A stretch of 64,000 bases of DNA from Prorocentrum cordatum. Its lineage: Eukaryota. The DNA is taken from NCBI GenBank assembly GCA_963575745.1, contig CAUYUJ010000265.1:1-64000 (forward strand). Direction: 5' to 3'. Shown piece after piece: positions 1 through 14,070 of this stretch. The notes under the pieces are model-generated. The model was not told the DNA's origin. It was given only the letters and a program-made list of their open reading frames with translations, and made no database searches. Positions within the stretch are counted from its first letter, which is position 1. Each line of letters begins with the position of its first letter. The position numbers and the translations under genes were made by a program.

Positions 1-1602
1 ATCATCATCGTCATCATCGTCATCATCGTCATCAGCATCATCAGCATCATCAGCATCAACAGCATCATCATCATCGTCATCGTCATCGTCATCGTCGTCG
101 TCCGCCTCAGCATCAGCATGATCAGCAGCAACAGCACCATCGTCATCCTCATCACCATCATCAGCATGAGCATCAACATCCACACCATCAGTATCCTCCG
201 CATCGTCATCCTCCTCCTCCTCAGCATCAGCGCGGTCGTGGATATCGTTGTCAGCATCATCACAACCATCACGATCACCATCACCATCATAATCGTCACC
301 TTTGTCATCATCATCATCAGCATCTTATGGGGCTTCTGGGAACATACTTGAGGGCCCATTCGAGTCCTGTTTGACAGGCGCTTTGGGACAGATGTTGCGC
401 GCGGGGAGCGAAAGCCTGAGGAATCATGTTATCGGAGAGTTTTCTGGTAACATGATGGCGCGTATGAGGGCCCATTTGGAGGATGCCCAGCAAGCATTTT
501 GGTACGCATGGTTGGGGCCGGGGGCGGAAACCTGAAGAATCATGTTCCCAAAAAGCTTCCTGGGAACATGATTGTGGGGTGTCGTTGGGCGCCTCCAGAG
601 GCTTTGGGGCCTGACGCGTTTCCGAGCGTGGCGGACGGTAGCGCTGCTTGGGACTCTCGTTTTTTTTAGCCCTGGCAGGCGTTTAGGGAACATGGTTTGG
701 GCAGAGGGCGGCAACCCGAGAATCATGTTCCTGCGAAGCAGTCCGTGAGCATGATTTGTTCGGCTCTCTTAAGAGGGGGGCCTCTGGGGGCTTACCGAGG
801 GGCCCCTTTTGGCCTTGTCAGCAAGCCTATTGAAAACATGGTTGGGGCGGTGGGCGGAAGCCCAAGGAATCATGCTCCCGCGCAAAAGCTTTCTGGGAAA
901 TACGACTTACCGAAGTGCCTTGGGGGCCCGCAGGGGGCTTCCCTGGAGGCCCCTGGGAGGCCTATTGGGGTTTCTGGGGGGCCTCTTGGGAGCCTCACGG
1001 GGCTTCGTGGGAGCGTCTTGATGGCCTCTGGGGGCGTCCTAGGAGCCTCTCAGGCCGGAGACCTTGAAATGTCGCGCTCTTCGGGCCCTGTTGGGGCGTT
1101 CTTGGGGCTCTCTTGGGGCGCTCCCGAGGCCCTCTTGAATTATCTGGGGAGCCTCCTGGGCCGTCTCTGGGCTTTCTTGGGAGCCTCTTCGGCCGTCTTG
1201 GAGCGATCTGAAGGGCTTCTGACGCGGTCCGGGACCGAGGAACATGGGATTGCGCAAAAATATGTCAACAACCATCGAATAATTTTTGATGTTCGGTTTC
1301 TGGGGCCCTTGGGAGGAGCCTCTGGAAGCACTCTTGAGGCGTTTTGGCCGCGTCGTCGGCCGTCCTGAGGCCATCTTCGGCGTGTCCGGGGCCTCTAGGG
1401 GCTGTCTTGGCAATCTTTAGGGCCCTCTTGGCGTGTCGTGGCGTGTGTGGGAGCGGGCCCGGGCAGTCCTGAGAGCCTTGGGACCTCCCCGATCCCCACA
1501 TGGGGGTGCCCCCCCGGCCTATTCCCCTCTATATATATATATATATATATAACATAATATGGGATAATAGTATACATATATATATATATGTATACAAATG
1601 TG

Positions 1603-1644
<42 letters not shown>

Positions 1645-1689
1645 GCACACACAAACATATATTCATAGAGTGTACCATCTATGGCTTCA

Positions 1690-4330
1690 CTGTCTCAAGT
1701 GCCCCTTTGGGATCATCATCGGCACCCACTTTCGTATTGCAATTTACATATGATTCTGCCCCATCGTCCATCCTAAACATAAATTCGTACCAGCCCAGCC
1801 CAACCGGTATGGGCACCCGCCGTCATCTTTTGGAAAAAACTAATATGCGCGCACGCTCACCTTTCAAAATCATCTATTGTCCAGAACCCTTGGCACACAA
1901 AAGGATGATTATGTCCGCACACGCGCGTCGTCGCGGGAGCATGCCGAAATCCTTCAAAAACCCTAGGTTTAGTAAGGATGTCAGAATCAAATGCTAAAAA
2001 ATCAACATACGTGGCTTGGAGTCACGTTGTTTATCAGCACGCACGTTCTTGCAAATGCTTGTTTGCACAATGTTGCCAGACGGGCTTCGCGCGCGCATGT
2101 CGAAATCGTTCGAACGTCCTTGCGCGCGTACTGTCGCGAGAATTTTGTTTTGCGAAAATGGAACGATGTGCACGCGGGCACGTCGTCGCGCGCACACAAA
2201 ATCAATATCAAGAAAACCTTGGGCGACATGAGAATTTCAAAACCGAGTGTCGCGAAACCATATTAAAACGCATGGTTTCGCAACAACAGATTTTTTACAC
2301 ACCAAAAAACGGCGATCGCGCTCTAGCAGATTGTAAAGAAAACCTGTTCGTTGAATTATGCCAAACGGGCCTCTCGCGCCGCATGCCGAAATCATTCGAT
2401 CGCCCTTGCGAGCGTGCTGGGGGGGGGCACGAGCAGTATCAAACAAACACCATGCGGGCCACTCTCGCGCGTCGGCCGCGCACGCATGTCGAACGCCATC
2501 CAAGACCTTCATCACCGACGCGAGGAGGCCGTCATCGTCGTGATCAACATCGGCGCCGTCACTGGCCATGCCACAGTCTTTGTCGACATCGTCACCAGCA
2601 TCGGTACTACCATCATCGTGTTTACTGTTGTCGACGTTGCCATGATACCGCGCCAGTCCAACTCGCCGACTCGCACTGAAGTGCCCGATGGGATGTGCCC
2701 AGCGGTCAGCGCCACCGCGGCCGCGTCGGTCGCGCTAAGCTAGCTGGCCGCCGCGCGCAGGTGCATGCGCGGGCTGGCGCGGCCGCAGAGATGCACCAGC
2801 GAACACCAAGAACTCACGGTAATCGCCGCCGCTCGTGTTTTGCGAAACAAGTTGCGGGTGGGTGGTGGGATGATTGCGCGAGCAGTACAGTTGACAGCTG
2901 CGAGTTTCACAAGTGAATTCTCCTTTCTGGAAAAAATCTACCCCCCCAGAGTTAACGATCCCCCCTGGGGTATTGCGATTTCGTAATTATTCTGCACACT
3001 CGTCCGCCCTACCTGTGAACTCATACTATCCCAGCCAAACCGGTATCGACCCCCCCCCCGCCATCCTTTGCAAAAAATACTATGCGCGCGCACTCGCTTG
3101 TCAAAAAACATAAATTTCCAAGAATCCCTGGCAAAAAATGATACGAAGTGCACACGCGCGCGTCGTCGCGCGCGCATGCCGAAATCTTTCAAAAACCTTC
3201 GATGTCGGAAGGATTTCAAAAATCGAGTTCCCAAGAAACATATAAAACGCAACGTTTCGCAACACTGATTTTCTAAAAAACTTACACGCGCGTTCTTGCG
3301 AAATCTGAAGGAAACGATAGGTTGTTCAAGATTATCAACAAAAACCAAAAGAAAACAAATAAAGTGCAAAATGGGATTCCCTCGCGCGCAAGTCGAAACC
3401 GTTCGAACGCCATTGCGCGCGTGCCGTCGCGAGAATCGTCTGCAAAAAAAACGAAATGCACGCGCGCGCGTCGTCGCGCGCGCATGCCGAAATCCTTCAA
3501 AACCTTCTGTTTCGGAAGGATTGCAAAATCGAGTGTCCAAAAAATACACAAACACACGGTTTCGCAACACGGATTTCCAACGAAAACGTGCGCGCGCGCT
3601 CTTGCGTCGTCGTCGTCGGCGTCGCCGTCCGCCCTCCTCCCGCGTCGTCGTCATCGCCGTCGTCGTCGCCTGTCTTTCCTCGTCGTCGTCCTCGTCCTCT
3701 TTGGCGTCGTCGTTTCCGTCGTCGTTGTCGCCGTGGTCGTCCTTCCTCCTCCCTCGTCGTCGTCGTCGTCCGTCGTCGGCGTCTCGTCGTCGTCCCTCCT
3801 ATTTGTCGCCGTTGTCGTCGTCGTCGTCTTCCCTCCTCCCTCGTCGTTGTCATCGTCGGCGTCGCCGTCCTCCCTCCTTCTTCGTCGTTCAGGTAGTCGC
3901 CGTCCTCCCTCCTCCCTCGTCGTTGTCGTTGTCGCCGTCGTCGTACTCCCTCCTCCCTCGTCGTCGGCGTTGTCTTCGTTGGCGACGTCGTCGTCGTCTT
4001 CGTCGTCCTCGTCGTCGGCGTCGTCGTCGCCGTCGTCGTCGTCGGCGTCGTCATCGTCGTCGTCGTCGTCGGTGTCGTCGTCGTCGTCGACGTCGTCGTT
4101 GTCGTCGTAGTCGAAGTCGTCGGAGACGTCGTCGGTGTCGTCGTAGTCGTCGTAGGCGTCGTCGTCGTCGTCGTTGTCGCTTTCGTCGTCGGCGTCGCGG
4201 TCGTTGCCAAGTGCCATTTGGTACCCACAGTCACGGTCTTAAGAAGTCTTGCGACCAAGTTGCGGGCGGGAGGGTGGGATGTTTGCACGAGCAGTGGAGA
4301 GGACAGCTTCAAATTGAGCAAAAGATTGAT
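1690..4330. repeat. Two related dispersed repeat copies (about 1690-2930 and about 2960-4330), the second with a (GTC)n tract
   Basis: Shared CATGCCGAAATC(C/T)TTCAAAA and CAAGTTGCGGG.GGG.GGTGGGATG motifs. Distant reverse-complement similarity to module A. Confidence 0.6.
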
Positions 4331-4419
4331 TGCACCACATAGGTTGCACCACATAGATTGCACAACACATATTCCAAGAAGCATACAAATTGGGGTCAAC
4401 GCTGGCTAACAGTCTTAAC

Positions 4420-4530
4420 GCTGGAGAACCCATACATCTGAGTCAACACGCCGGACATCCGCTGCACGTCGTTGATACACCCCCTCAGCTCCGCGGAGGT
4501 CCTCGGGTAATTGATGCCGACGAGGAGCGC
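4420..4530 (-). CDS. Metacaspase (peptidase C14) exon, start of the p20 domain: ALLVGINYPRTSAELRGCINDVQRMSGVLTQMYGFSS
   Basis: Classic metacaspase ALLxGINY..L.GCINDV..M...L...YGF motif. AG acceptor at 4532-4531, GT donor at 4419-4418; 111 nt, phase 0-0. Downstream exons (HG and DC catalytic motifs) were not found in the window. Confidence 0.93.
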
Positions 4531-4807
4531 CTCGCGGAGCACACCGGCGGCGACAAGAAGACTGAGGAGGGAGGAGAGGAGGGGAAGGATGGGTCCTTCG
4601 AGGCGGGGGAGGAGTGAGGAGGCGCTTGGAGGCGCTGCCAGGAGGAGCGAGGAGGAGGGAGCGCATCGACGGCTATTTTGCTCCAGGTGCCGGAGAGGGC
4701 GGCCAGCGCAGACCGGGAGGCGAGGCGCGGACCTCCGGAGCGCTCCCCCCTCGGACGGCACTCCCGCGGATGGACAGAAAAGTGCAACCCTTTCACTACA
4801 CTCTCAG

Positions 4808-4985
4808 CTTGGGCATGTCCTCCTGCAGGCGGACTTGTCCTCCCAAAGGGCGGATTCGGGACGAGAAACTCAAAATAGCAGAAGAAATAGCCCTGAGATG
4901 CTCAAAAAGAATCGGGAATCGTCCCCAGACCACTGTTTGACTATGTTTGAACATGTCTCCTGTACAGGGACATGCCCGACTTAGC
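4808..4985. mobile_element. MITE family A, copy 1
   Basis: Inverted ends GGGCATGTCC ... GGACATGCCCGA; about 175 bp. Confidence 0.65.
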
Positions 4986-6617
4986 TTCACTCCCCCCTGC
5001 CCTCCGATTCAGTGTTGGTCCCAGGCATTCGGCGGCACGGAGGCTCAGAGAACCAAAAGAAGGTCAAACCCCAAGGCCTCCGCGAGGCCTGACCCAGCTC
5101 TGAACCTGGGGGGGGTACCGTCCCCTGACAGGAACAAAAAAACTGCGCCCTGGTGGTTCTGAGTCCGCGAAGCTCTGGCCCAGCATTGCGAACGTGTTCT
5201 TATTCGGCGTTTCGACATTGGGTGGAAGAGGGGGGGGAGGGGGGGAGTCTGGCTCCGAACCACTGCTTGATGCGACTGTTTACAGCAGTGCGTCTTATGG
5301 GGGGGACTCCACCTGCTTGAAACAGGCTCCAAAAGTGGCCAATATCTACTCCATGGGAGGGGGGGAGGTGGTGCAAAGGGGCCTGCGCCGATCGGCAAAA
5401 CAGTGAAAAAGAAAACGATCACAGTCCCGCGGCTCCTGCACCGTGGGCTCTCGTCTTGCTCTGGGGCCCGCCCGCGAGACGCCCCAGGCCGAGAAACGTG
5501 GGCCGCCCCGATGTCTTCTCGGGGCCCTGGAGGTGGTCTGCGCCGGGAGGGCAGAGCGAGCGAGCGAGCGAGCGCTGAGTATGTATGGACCGCGCGCGTG
5601 CGCGGCTGCGTGAAACCGGGTCCGCGGAAAGCCCACGGGCCCTTTAGGGCGTGAGCGGCTTGGAGGGCCGCCTCTTCCAGCCCCCCTTCTTCAGCCCCCC
5701 GGCTTGGAGGGGTTTATCACTGCTCCCTATCAATACACACCCCCTCCCACAGGCGACGGGCAGCCAACCACGACCAATGAGGCCCGCGAGCAATGTGTAT
5801 CGTTTTTTGACAGGGACGGCGGGGGTGCCTGCATATTGCCTGCTTTGCGCAGGGCCCGCATACCTTCCAAAAAACCATGCAAAATGCACTTCGAGACAAA
5901 ATCTGGGTCATACGTGGGCACCCCGCGATCTCTGTGCATTGGTTTTTGACAGGGACGGCGGGGGTACTGGCAAATGGCCTGTTATGTGCAGGCCCACCAG
6001 ACGCTATGATGGCCACCCCGTCGCGATTGCGCACCGGTTTTCGACAAGGGTGGTGGGGCCGACACGTTTCACGATGTGTAATGCTGCGTGCGCAGGCGCA
6101 AAGGCAAACTCTGGGCGTGCCCCGAACGTGGCGCACCTCACGCGGCTGGAGCATGCGGCACACATGGCGCACGTGGATTACGCGGTGCATCTGACGCACC
6201 AGGCGTGCCTGGCACGCTTGGGCCACAGGGGTGCCTGGCGCAGCTGGCGCGCGTGGCGTGCCTGGCACGCCTGGCGCACCTCGCCCCAGCGTTGCGCACA
6301 TGGGGTCAGTTTGGATCCCACTAGCTGTCCATCAAAAAACTACCGCTGAATACGCTGCGGCCCAGGTAAAGGTCATGTGTTGGGAGGGCGGCCGTGAGTG
6401 AGCTAGACGGCTTGCGGGCTGGGAGGGTGTCTTGACCACTCTTCCCTATTAATACACACCCCCTCCCCCAGGCGACCAGCGGCCAACCAGGAATCATGCT
6501 CACCCCTCCCCACCATCCCTGTCAAAAAAACCATACAAAACGCACTCTGCCTCCACATGTGGAGCATGCGCGGCCAACCCGATGCGGCCCCCCCCCCACC
6601 ATCCCTGTCAAAAAAAT

Positions 6618-8668
6618 TAGCCTGACGAAAGACCCAACCATACGTAGTTGTGAATAAACGCAATTGTAGATATATTCTTCGGTGGCGCCCCCGGGCCACG
6701 AAACGAGTGAGGGGTGTGCCGAAACGGGGGGGTGGAACCGCATGCGAGCGCAGCCACTGGGGCGCTCGGTGGAGCTCCCTATGGAGCCACGAAACGTGTG
6801 AGGGGTGTGCCAGAATGGGGGGTGGAACCGCATGCGGGCGCAGCCACTGGGGCCTTCGGTGGAGCCCCTATGGGGCCACGAAACTGTGAGGGGTGTGCCA
6901 GAATGGGGGGGGAACCGCATGCGGGCGCAGCCACTGGGGCCTTCGGTGGAGCTCCCTATGGGGCCACGAAACGTGTGAGGGTGTGCCAGAATGGGGGGTG
7001 GAACCGCATGCGGGCGCAGCCACTGGGGCCTTCGGTGGAGCTCCCTATGAGGCCACGAAACGTGTGAGGGGTGTGCCAGACTGGGGGGTGGAACCGCATG
7101 CGGGCGCAGCCACTGGGGCCTTCGGTGGAGCTCCCTATGGGGCCACGAAACGTGTGAGGGGTGTGCCAGAATGGGGGGTGGAACCGCATGCGGGCGCAGC
7201 CACTGGGGCCTTCGGTGGAGCTCCCTATGGGGCCACGAATCGTGTGAGGGGTGTGCGAGAATGGGGGGTGGAACCGCATGCGGGCGCAGCCACTGGGGCC
7301 TTCGGTGGAGCTCCCTATGGGGCCACGAAACGTGTGAGGGGTGTGCCAGAATGGTGGGTGGAACCGCATGTGGGCGCAGCCACTGGGGCCTTCGGTGGAG
7401 CTCCCTATGGGGCCACGAAACGTGTGAGGGGTGTGTGTTGACTGCTGGTCTTAGTGCCAGAATGGGGGGTGGAACCGCAGCGGGCGCAGCCACTGGGGCC
7501 TTCGTGTTGAAGCTCCTATGGGGACCACGAAAAACGTCGTTGAGGGCGTTTTTTGTGCCAGAATGGGGAGTGGAACCGCATGCGGGCGCAGCCATTGGGG
7601 CCTTCGGTGGAGCTCCCTTATGGGGCCACGAAACGTGTGAGGGGTGTGCCAGAATGGGGGGTGGAACCGCATGCGGGCGCAGCCACTGGGGCCTTCGGTG
7701 GAGCTCCCTATGGGGCAACGAAACGTGTGAGGTGTGTGCCAGAATGGGGGGTGGAACCGCATGCGGGCGCAGCCACTGGGGCCTTCGGTGGAGCTCCCTA
7801 TGGGGCCACGAAACGTGTGAGGGGTTTGCCAGAATGAGGGGTGGAACCGCATGCGGGCGCAGCCACTGGGGCCTTCGGTGGAGCTCCCTATGGGGCCACG
7901 AAACGTGTGAGGGGTATGCCAGAATGGGGGGTGGAACCGCTTGCGGGCGCAGCCACTGGGGCCTTCGGTGGAGCTCCCTATGGGGCCACGAAACGTGTGA
8001 GGGGTGTGTGAGGGGGTGGCCAGAATGGTGGGTACCGGGCGCAACGATGCGGGCCAGCCACTGGGGCCTTCACGGTGGAGCTCCCTATGGGGCCACGAAA
8101 CGTGTGAGGGGTGTGCCAGAATGGGGGGTGGAACCGCATGCGGGCCAGCCACTGGGGCCTTCGGGTGGAGCTCCCTATGGGGCCACGAAACGTGTGAGGG
8201 GTGTGCCAGAATGGGGGGTGGAACCGCATGCGGGCGCAGCCACTGGGGCCTTCGGTGGAGCCCCTATGGGGCCACGAAACGTGCGAGGGGTGTGCCAGAA
8301 TGGGGGGTGGAACCGCATGCCAGCGCAGCCACTGGGGCCTTCGGTGGAGCTCCCTATGGGGCCACGAAACGTGTGAGGGGTGTGCCAGAATGGGGGGTGG
8401 AACCGCATGCGGGCGCAGCCACTGGGGCCTTCGGTGGAGCTCCCTATGGGGCCACGAAACGTGTGAGGGGTGTGCCAGAATGGGGGGTGGAACCGCATGC
8501 GGGCGCAGCCACTGGGGCCTTCGGTGGAGCTCCCTATGGGGCCACGAAACGTGTGAGGGGTGTGCCAGAATGGGTGTGGGAGGGGGAGGGGGGGGGAGGA
8601 GGAAGGAAGGCGGAACGCGGGGACCGTCTCTTCAAAACGAGGACCCAACAACACAGGTTGGTTGGGAA
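6618..8668 (+). mobile_element. Array-carrying non-autonomous element, copy 1 (leader, about 21 x 90-bp units, purine tract, hairpin end)
   Basis: Leader TAGCCTGACGAAAGACCCAACCA. End TCTCTTCAAAACGAGGACCCAACAACACAGGTTGGTTGGGAA. Same ends as the copies at 14071 and 37583. Confidence 0.8.
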
Positions 8669-10134
8669 CAGCACATGTCAAGTGCGCAGGCGCACCTGAC
8701 ACATTCTACACGTGCCCCGAACGTGGCGCACGTGGCGCGGCTAGAGTATGCGGCACACCTGGCGCACGCGGAGCACGTGGCGCATCTGGTGCACCAGGCG
8801 TGCCTGGCACGCTCGGGCCACAGGGGTGCCTGGCGCGCGTGGCGCGCCTGGCACGCGTGGCGCACCTCGCCCCAGCGTCGCGCACATGGGGACGGTTTTG
8901 GCGCCCAGTAACTGCACATCCAAAGACGACCGCTGAACATGCTCAGGCTCGGGTGTTACTTATGCGTTGGCACGGCGGGTGGGGGTGAGCTAGACGGCTT
9001 GCTATCCAGGGGGTGTCTTGATCACTGTCCCCAATTGATATACACCACCTGCACCCACCCGGCCGGCGGCCAACCCAGAACCATGACAACCACATGATGG
9101 CCACCACCCCACCATCCCTGTCAAAAAAATACAAAACGAATTCTGCCTCCACATTTGAGCATAAGCGGCCGCCCCACGACCAGTTTGCATTGGGGCGCAC
9201 GTAGAGCACGTGCCGCACCTGGCGCGCCTTGCACGCTTGGGCCTCCAGGGTCTGGCGCATCTGGAACCCGTGGCGTCTGCGGCGTTCTTTCGCGATATGC
9301 TGACTCCCGGGTGTTACGTATGTGTTGGGAAGTGAGCAAGACGGCTTGCAGGCGGGTGGGAAGCTTGACCCCTCCCCCTACCCCCTCCCCCTGGACCTGC
9401 AGGGGGAAGGCCGTGGGTCGTTAGAGAGTCCAAAACGGCCTCTGTGAGAATTCCAAATTAATTGATTTTACTATGGTTTTGGCCACGTGTTGGCATCCTG
9501 CGGGAAGGGCGCAATTGAATACGGCACCTGCTTTGATCGATCTCCTCCAAGATTGTCTCAAGATGGCCCACAACGTCCCCACCGGTACCCCAAGACGGTC
9601 CCAAGAGGCGCCGAGGAGACCCCAAGAGGCCTCCCAAGAGGCCCGCAAGATGCCTCCGAGAGATTCCCAAGAGACCCCCTAGAGGTCTCCCAGGGGCACC
9701 AAAGACGCCCCAAGAGGCCTTGGCGAGAAGGCCTAAGTCATTGATGTTACCTAAATGGTTTGGTCTCACTTTGGCCTCCTGGGGGGGCTAATTGATGAGC
9801 TCCCCTCCTTTAATCGGTCTCCTCCAAGATGGCCCCCAGATGGCCCTTGAGGCTCCCAAGAGTGCCCCAAGAGTCTCCCAAGAGGTGCCCAGAAGGCCCC
9901 CAAGAGGCCCCGAAGCTGCCCCAAAAGATGCCTCCAAGAGGCCCCAAGAGGCTCCCAAGAGACACCCAAGAGGCTCGAGAAGGCTCCTCCAAGGCACCCA
10001 AAGACGCTGCAAGAGGCCCTCAGGGCCGCCACGAGGCCCCCGAAAGTCCCCAAGAGACCTACAAGAAGCACTCAAGAAGCATCCAGAGCGACTCGGAAAA
10101 GCATCCAAGAAACCTCTGGCCTTTCTGCGCGCGC

Positions 10135-10924
10135 TCCTCCTCCTCCTCCTCCTCCTCCTCCTCCTCCTCCTCCCTCCCATCCTTTCCAGCCTCCTCCTCC
10201 TCCGCATCCTACTCAATCCTCCTCCTCCCTCCTCATCCCCTCATCACTCCTCCTCTCATCCTCCTAAGTATCTAATCCTCACCACCTCCTCCGCCCTCTC
10301 CTCCTCATCTCCTCCCTCCTCCTCCTCCCATCCTCTCCCCTCCTCCTCCTCCTCCCTCCTCCTCCTCCTCTCCTACTCACTCCGCCGCTCCTCCTCTCCC
10401 TCCTCCCCCCACTCCTCCTCCTCATTCTCCTCATTCAATCCTACTCTTCCTCCTCTCCTTCCTCCTCCTCCCTCCTCCTCTCCTCTTCCTCCTCCTCCTT
10501 CCTTCCTCCCTCCCCCTCCTATACTCACTCTTCCTCCTCTCCTTCTCCTCCACCTTCCTCGTCACTCCTCCTCCTACTCATCCTCCTCCTTCCTCCCTCT
10601 CAATCTTCATCATCATTCATCCTCATCATCATCATCAGCATCATCATCATCATCATCATCATCATTCATCATTCATCATCATCATCATCATCATCATTCA
10701 TCAGCAGCAGCTAGCAGCAGCATCATCATCATCATCATCATCATCAAAACACCAACACCACCACCACCGCAACCACCACCACCACCACCACCACCATCAT
10801 CATCATCACAGTCATACATTCATCACATCATACCCAGGCCCATTGTGCACAGTTGTTCATCACTCAGACTCATCATCATCATCATCATCATCGTCATCAT
10901 CATCATCATCATCATCATCAGCAG

Positions 10925-10971
<47 letters not shown>

Positions 10972-11181
10972 GCATCATCAGCATCATCAGCATCAGCATC
11001 ATCATCATCAGCAGCATCATCATCGGCAGCAGCATCATCAGCATAATTATAATCATCAGCATCAGCATCATCATCACCACCACCATCATCATCCACCACC
11101 ACCATCAGCATCAGCATCATCATCAGCATCATCATCATCAGCATCAGCATCAGCATCAGCATCATCATCATCATCATCATC

Positions 11182-11212
<31 letters not shown>

Positions 11213-11323
11213 GTTTCATCATCAGCATCAGCATCAGCATCATCATCACCATCATCCACCACCACCACCACCACCATCATCAGCATCAGCATCATCATCA
11301 CCATCATCATCACCATCATCATG

Positions 11324-11360
<37 letters not shown>

Positions 11361-11570
11361 GCAGCATCATCATCACCACCATCATCCATGTCATCCGCCT
11401 CCTCTTCCTCCTCCTCCTCCTCCTCCTCCTCCTCCCCCTCCTCCTCCCCCTCCCCCTCACCCTACTCCTCCCCCTCCCCCTCCCCCTCCCCCATCCCCCT
11501 TCTCCTCCTCCTCCTCCTTCTCCAACTCTTCCTCCTCCTATTCCTCTGATTCCTCCTCCATCCTCCACCT
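10135..11570. repeat. Low-complexity (CCT)n/(CAT)n microsatellite block
   Basis: Direct inspection. Similar blocks at 1-325, 32490-33010 and 49857-50585. Confidence 0.9.
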
Positions 11571-12422
11571 CTTGTGGTATGACGGCTTCCCACCCGTTAT
11601 TCCACGGCGTGCTCCCCCCGCATACCTGATCAGGGAAGCTCGCCTAGGGCATCGTTTGGGCTGCTGGGTTGCGCGAAGCGTCTAGAATTGTTCGGACCAC
11701 CTTGTCAGAGGGCGATCGCGGGCTCTTCGCCCGTCAGGGGTCCAGTCGTGGACTCCCGGGGCCCACCAGTCAGAGGGCAGAAGCAGAGACAATCAGCATC
11801 GAACCGGGGCACCAGTCGAATCGAAATGTGCGAAGGATCGTGTCGAATCGGCACGGAGTCGAAAACGACAAAAATCATCGGCTACGCCAGGGTACGAAAC
11901 TACGCTGCGCAAGCATCGCGCTGCATCGGATCACCGCGAAATCGAAATCAAGTCGGACCTGGCTGGCCGAAATTGAACTGGTATCGAATCGGATCGCTCG
12001 GATCGAAAAATCGATCCTTGGAGGGAAGAGAAGCAGGATACTGACCTCCGACGACTCGGGTTCTTCCAGCCGCTGGACCCACAGCCGAGCCGACAGCGAG
12101 ACCGAGACCGACCGAAACCGACGGACCGAACGCAGCCTGGAGGGACGCAGCGGCACAGCAGCCGACGGAATTCGAACGGGCCGAAGCCAGCCCACCTCGA
12201 GGCAGCCGAAGCGACCGAAGCGCGGGCGCCACCCCGAGAAGGCCCGCCCCCCGCTGCCCTCCCCCCTCGGCGCGCCGAGGCAGCCTTGGGAGCACAAGAG
12301 GGAAGCCAACAGCTGCCGAGGCCGTTGCTCCCCAGACCTCTCCAGGGGCGCGGCCTGACCAGCATCTCGAGGCGCCTCCGGCCGTGGCGGCCGGAGGCCC
12401 AAGAGGGGGGAAACAACGAGGC

Positions 12423-12595
12423 CAGGGTTAGATCGGGCATGTCCCCCTACAGGCGGATTTTGGACGAAAAATAGAAGAAGTCAAAAAAAGATTCAATCAG
12501 ATTCCAAAAGTAGTCGTAACATTGTCCCCTGACTATCTGTAAAAAAGTGTATGTTTCATATTCCTCCTGTAGAGGGACGTGCCCGATTTAAGGGC
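12423..12595. mobile_element. MITE family A, copy 2
   Basis: TTAGATCGGGCATGTCCC ... GGGACGTGCCCGATTTAA. Confidence 0.7.
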
Positions 12596-12670
12596 AGGGT
12601 AGCGGTAGTGGCCACTCGCTGGGCCCCAGGCGAGCCACCACCCCGGCGCGCGCGCTTGCGCGCGCGGCGC

Positions 12671-12748
12671 CTTCTTGCGGCCCGAGGGCGGCGGGCCGGG
12701 CTGGCCCACCGTGGCCGCCTGCTGCACGCCGAGGGGCTGGTTGTACAC
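12671..12748 (-). CDS. Metacaspase exon, prodomain end: VYNQPLGVQQAATVGQPGPPPSGRKK
   Basis: AG|G acceptor, AAG|GC donor. Splices in frame to 4530 to give the canonical GRKK|ALLVGINY across an intron of about 8.1 kb (GC-AG). Confidence 0.88.
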
Positions 12749-12793
12749 CTCGGGAGTCCCCGTCGAGGTCATCGTCGTCGCGAAGGAGGAGAA

Positions 12794-12824
<31 letters not shown>

Positions 12825-13961
12825 GACAGAGACAGAAACAGAAACAGAAACAGAAACAGAAACAGAAACAGAAACAGAAACAGGAACAGGCATCAGACAG
12901 ACAGACAGAAACAGACAGGGAGAGAGCGAGAGAGGGGCTCATCTTGAAATATTGATGATAATTTGGTTGCTGTTTAGATATATATATAATATATATATAT
13001 ATATTATATATATATATATATATGTATATATATACATACATATATATATGTATACATATATACATATATATACATATATATACTAAAGAGTATAAAGTAA
13101 CATTAACCATCTATATATATATATCGTTTTGGAAACACTTGTTATTGGCAGGTTCTCTGGGTCCCGCCCGCGGACGGGCCACACCTCACAGGCGCGCCCC
13201 AGCCGTGCCTCGGGAATGAGGCCATGGCACGGAGCGCCGCACGGATTCCAGGCCAGCTCAAGAAGTGAAACGGCCCGGCTGTGCCTGGGGCCCTGGCCAG
13301 ACTGCACTGGTGCGATCGCATCGCACCAGCGTGCTCCGCCAGACAGAAAGACAGGCAGACAGAAAGACAGACTGACGAAAGAAGATGAAGAGAGACCAGC
13401 GTTGATCCAAGACGCATCAACGCTGTTGCAACAAACCCTCACTCCACGCTTCCTCTTCATAAACAATGTGTTGCAAACATGTTTGCAATTGCGGGAAGTG
13501 CCCATTGGGAATCCTCAATCGAACCAAAACACAATTCTTGGGACTGCAACTACGCGAATCAGAGTGACTGCTGCGTCCTGACAATCCTAGATCGTGCCAG
13601 TAAACATGTTCAGGGACTCCGAACCGCGAATCAACGTCACTGGTGCGTCCGAACGGCCCTAAGATCGTGCCAGAACACCATTTCTGGGACTTCACACCGC
13701 GAACCAACGTGATCGCTGCGTCCTTACATTCCTAAGCCATGCCAGAACAGCGTTCCTGGGACTTCCATCCTACGGATCCGCGGCGCTGTTGCAAACCTTC
13801 CACACAAATGTGGGCGGCACCAAGGCGAGAGCAACATTTGGAGCAAGGCTCGCCCTCCCTCCGTGAAACTACCGTAAGCTTTCAAGACGACCGCGCGCGG
13901 CACACAGGCGACAGCCACTTTTTTATATATTAAAACCATAAATAATAAGTATTACATGTTC

Positions 13962-14026
<65 letters not shown>

Positions 14027-14070
14027 ATATATAATATATATATATATATATAATATATATATACAAACAA

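Noticed and set aside
6692..8575. CRISPR array (leader plus regular repeats), likewise 14130-16400 and 37640-38320
   Set aside because: Inter-repeat segments are near-identical within an array rather than unique spacers, there are no cas genes, and the context is eukaryotic.
9792..11629. Poly-S/H/I/P ORFs (also 3296-4399, 32478-33198, 53332-54683, 63105-63956)
   Set aside because: Microsatellite translations with no domain content.
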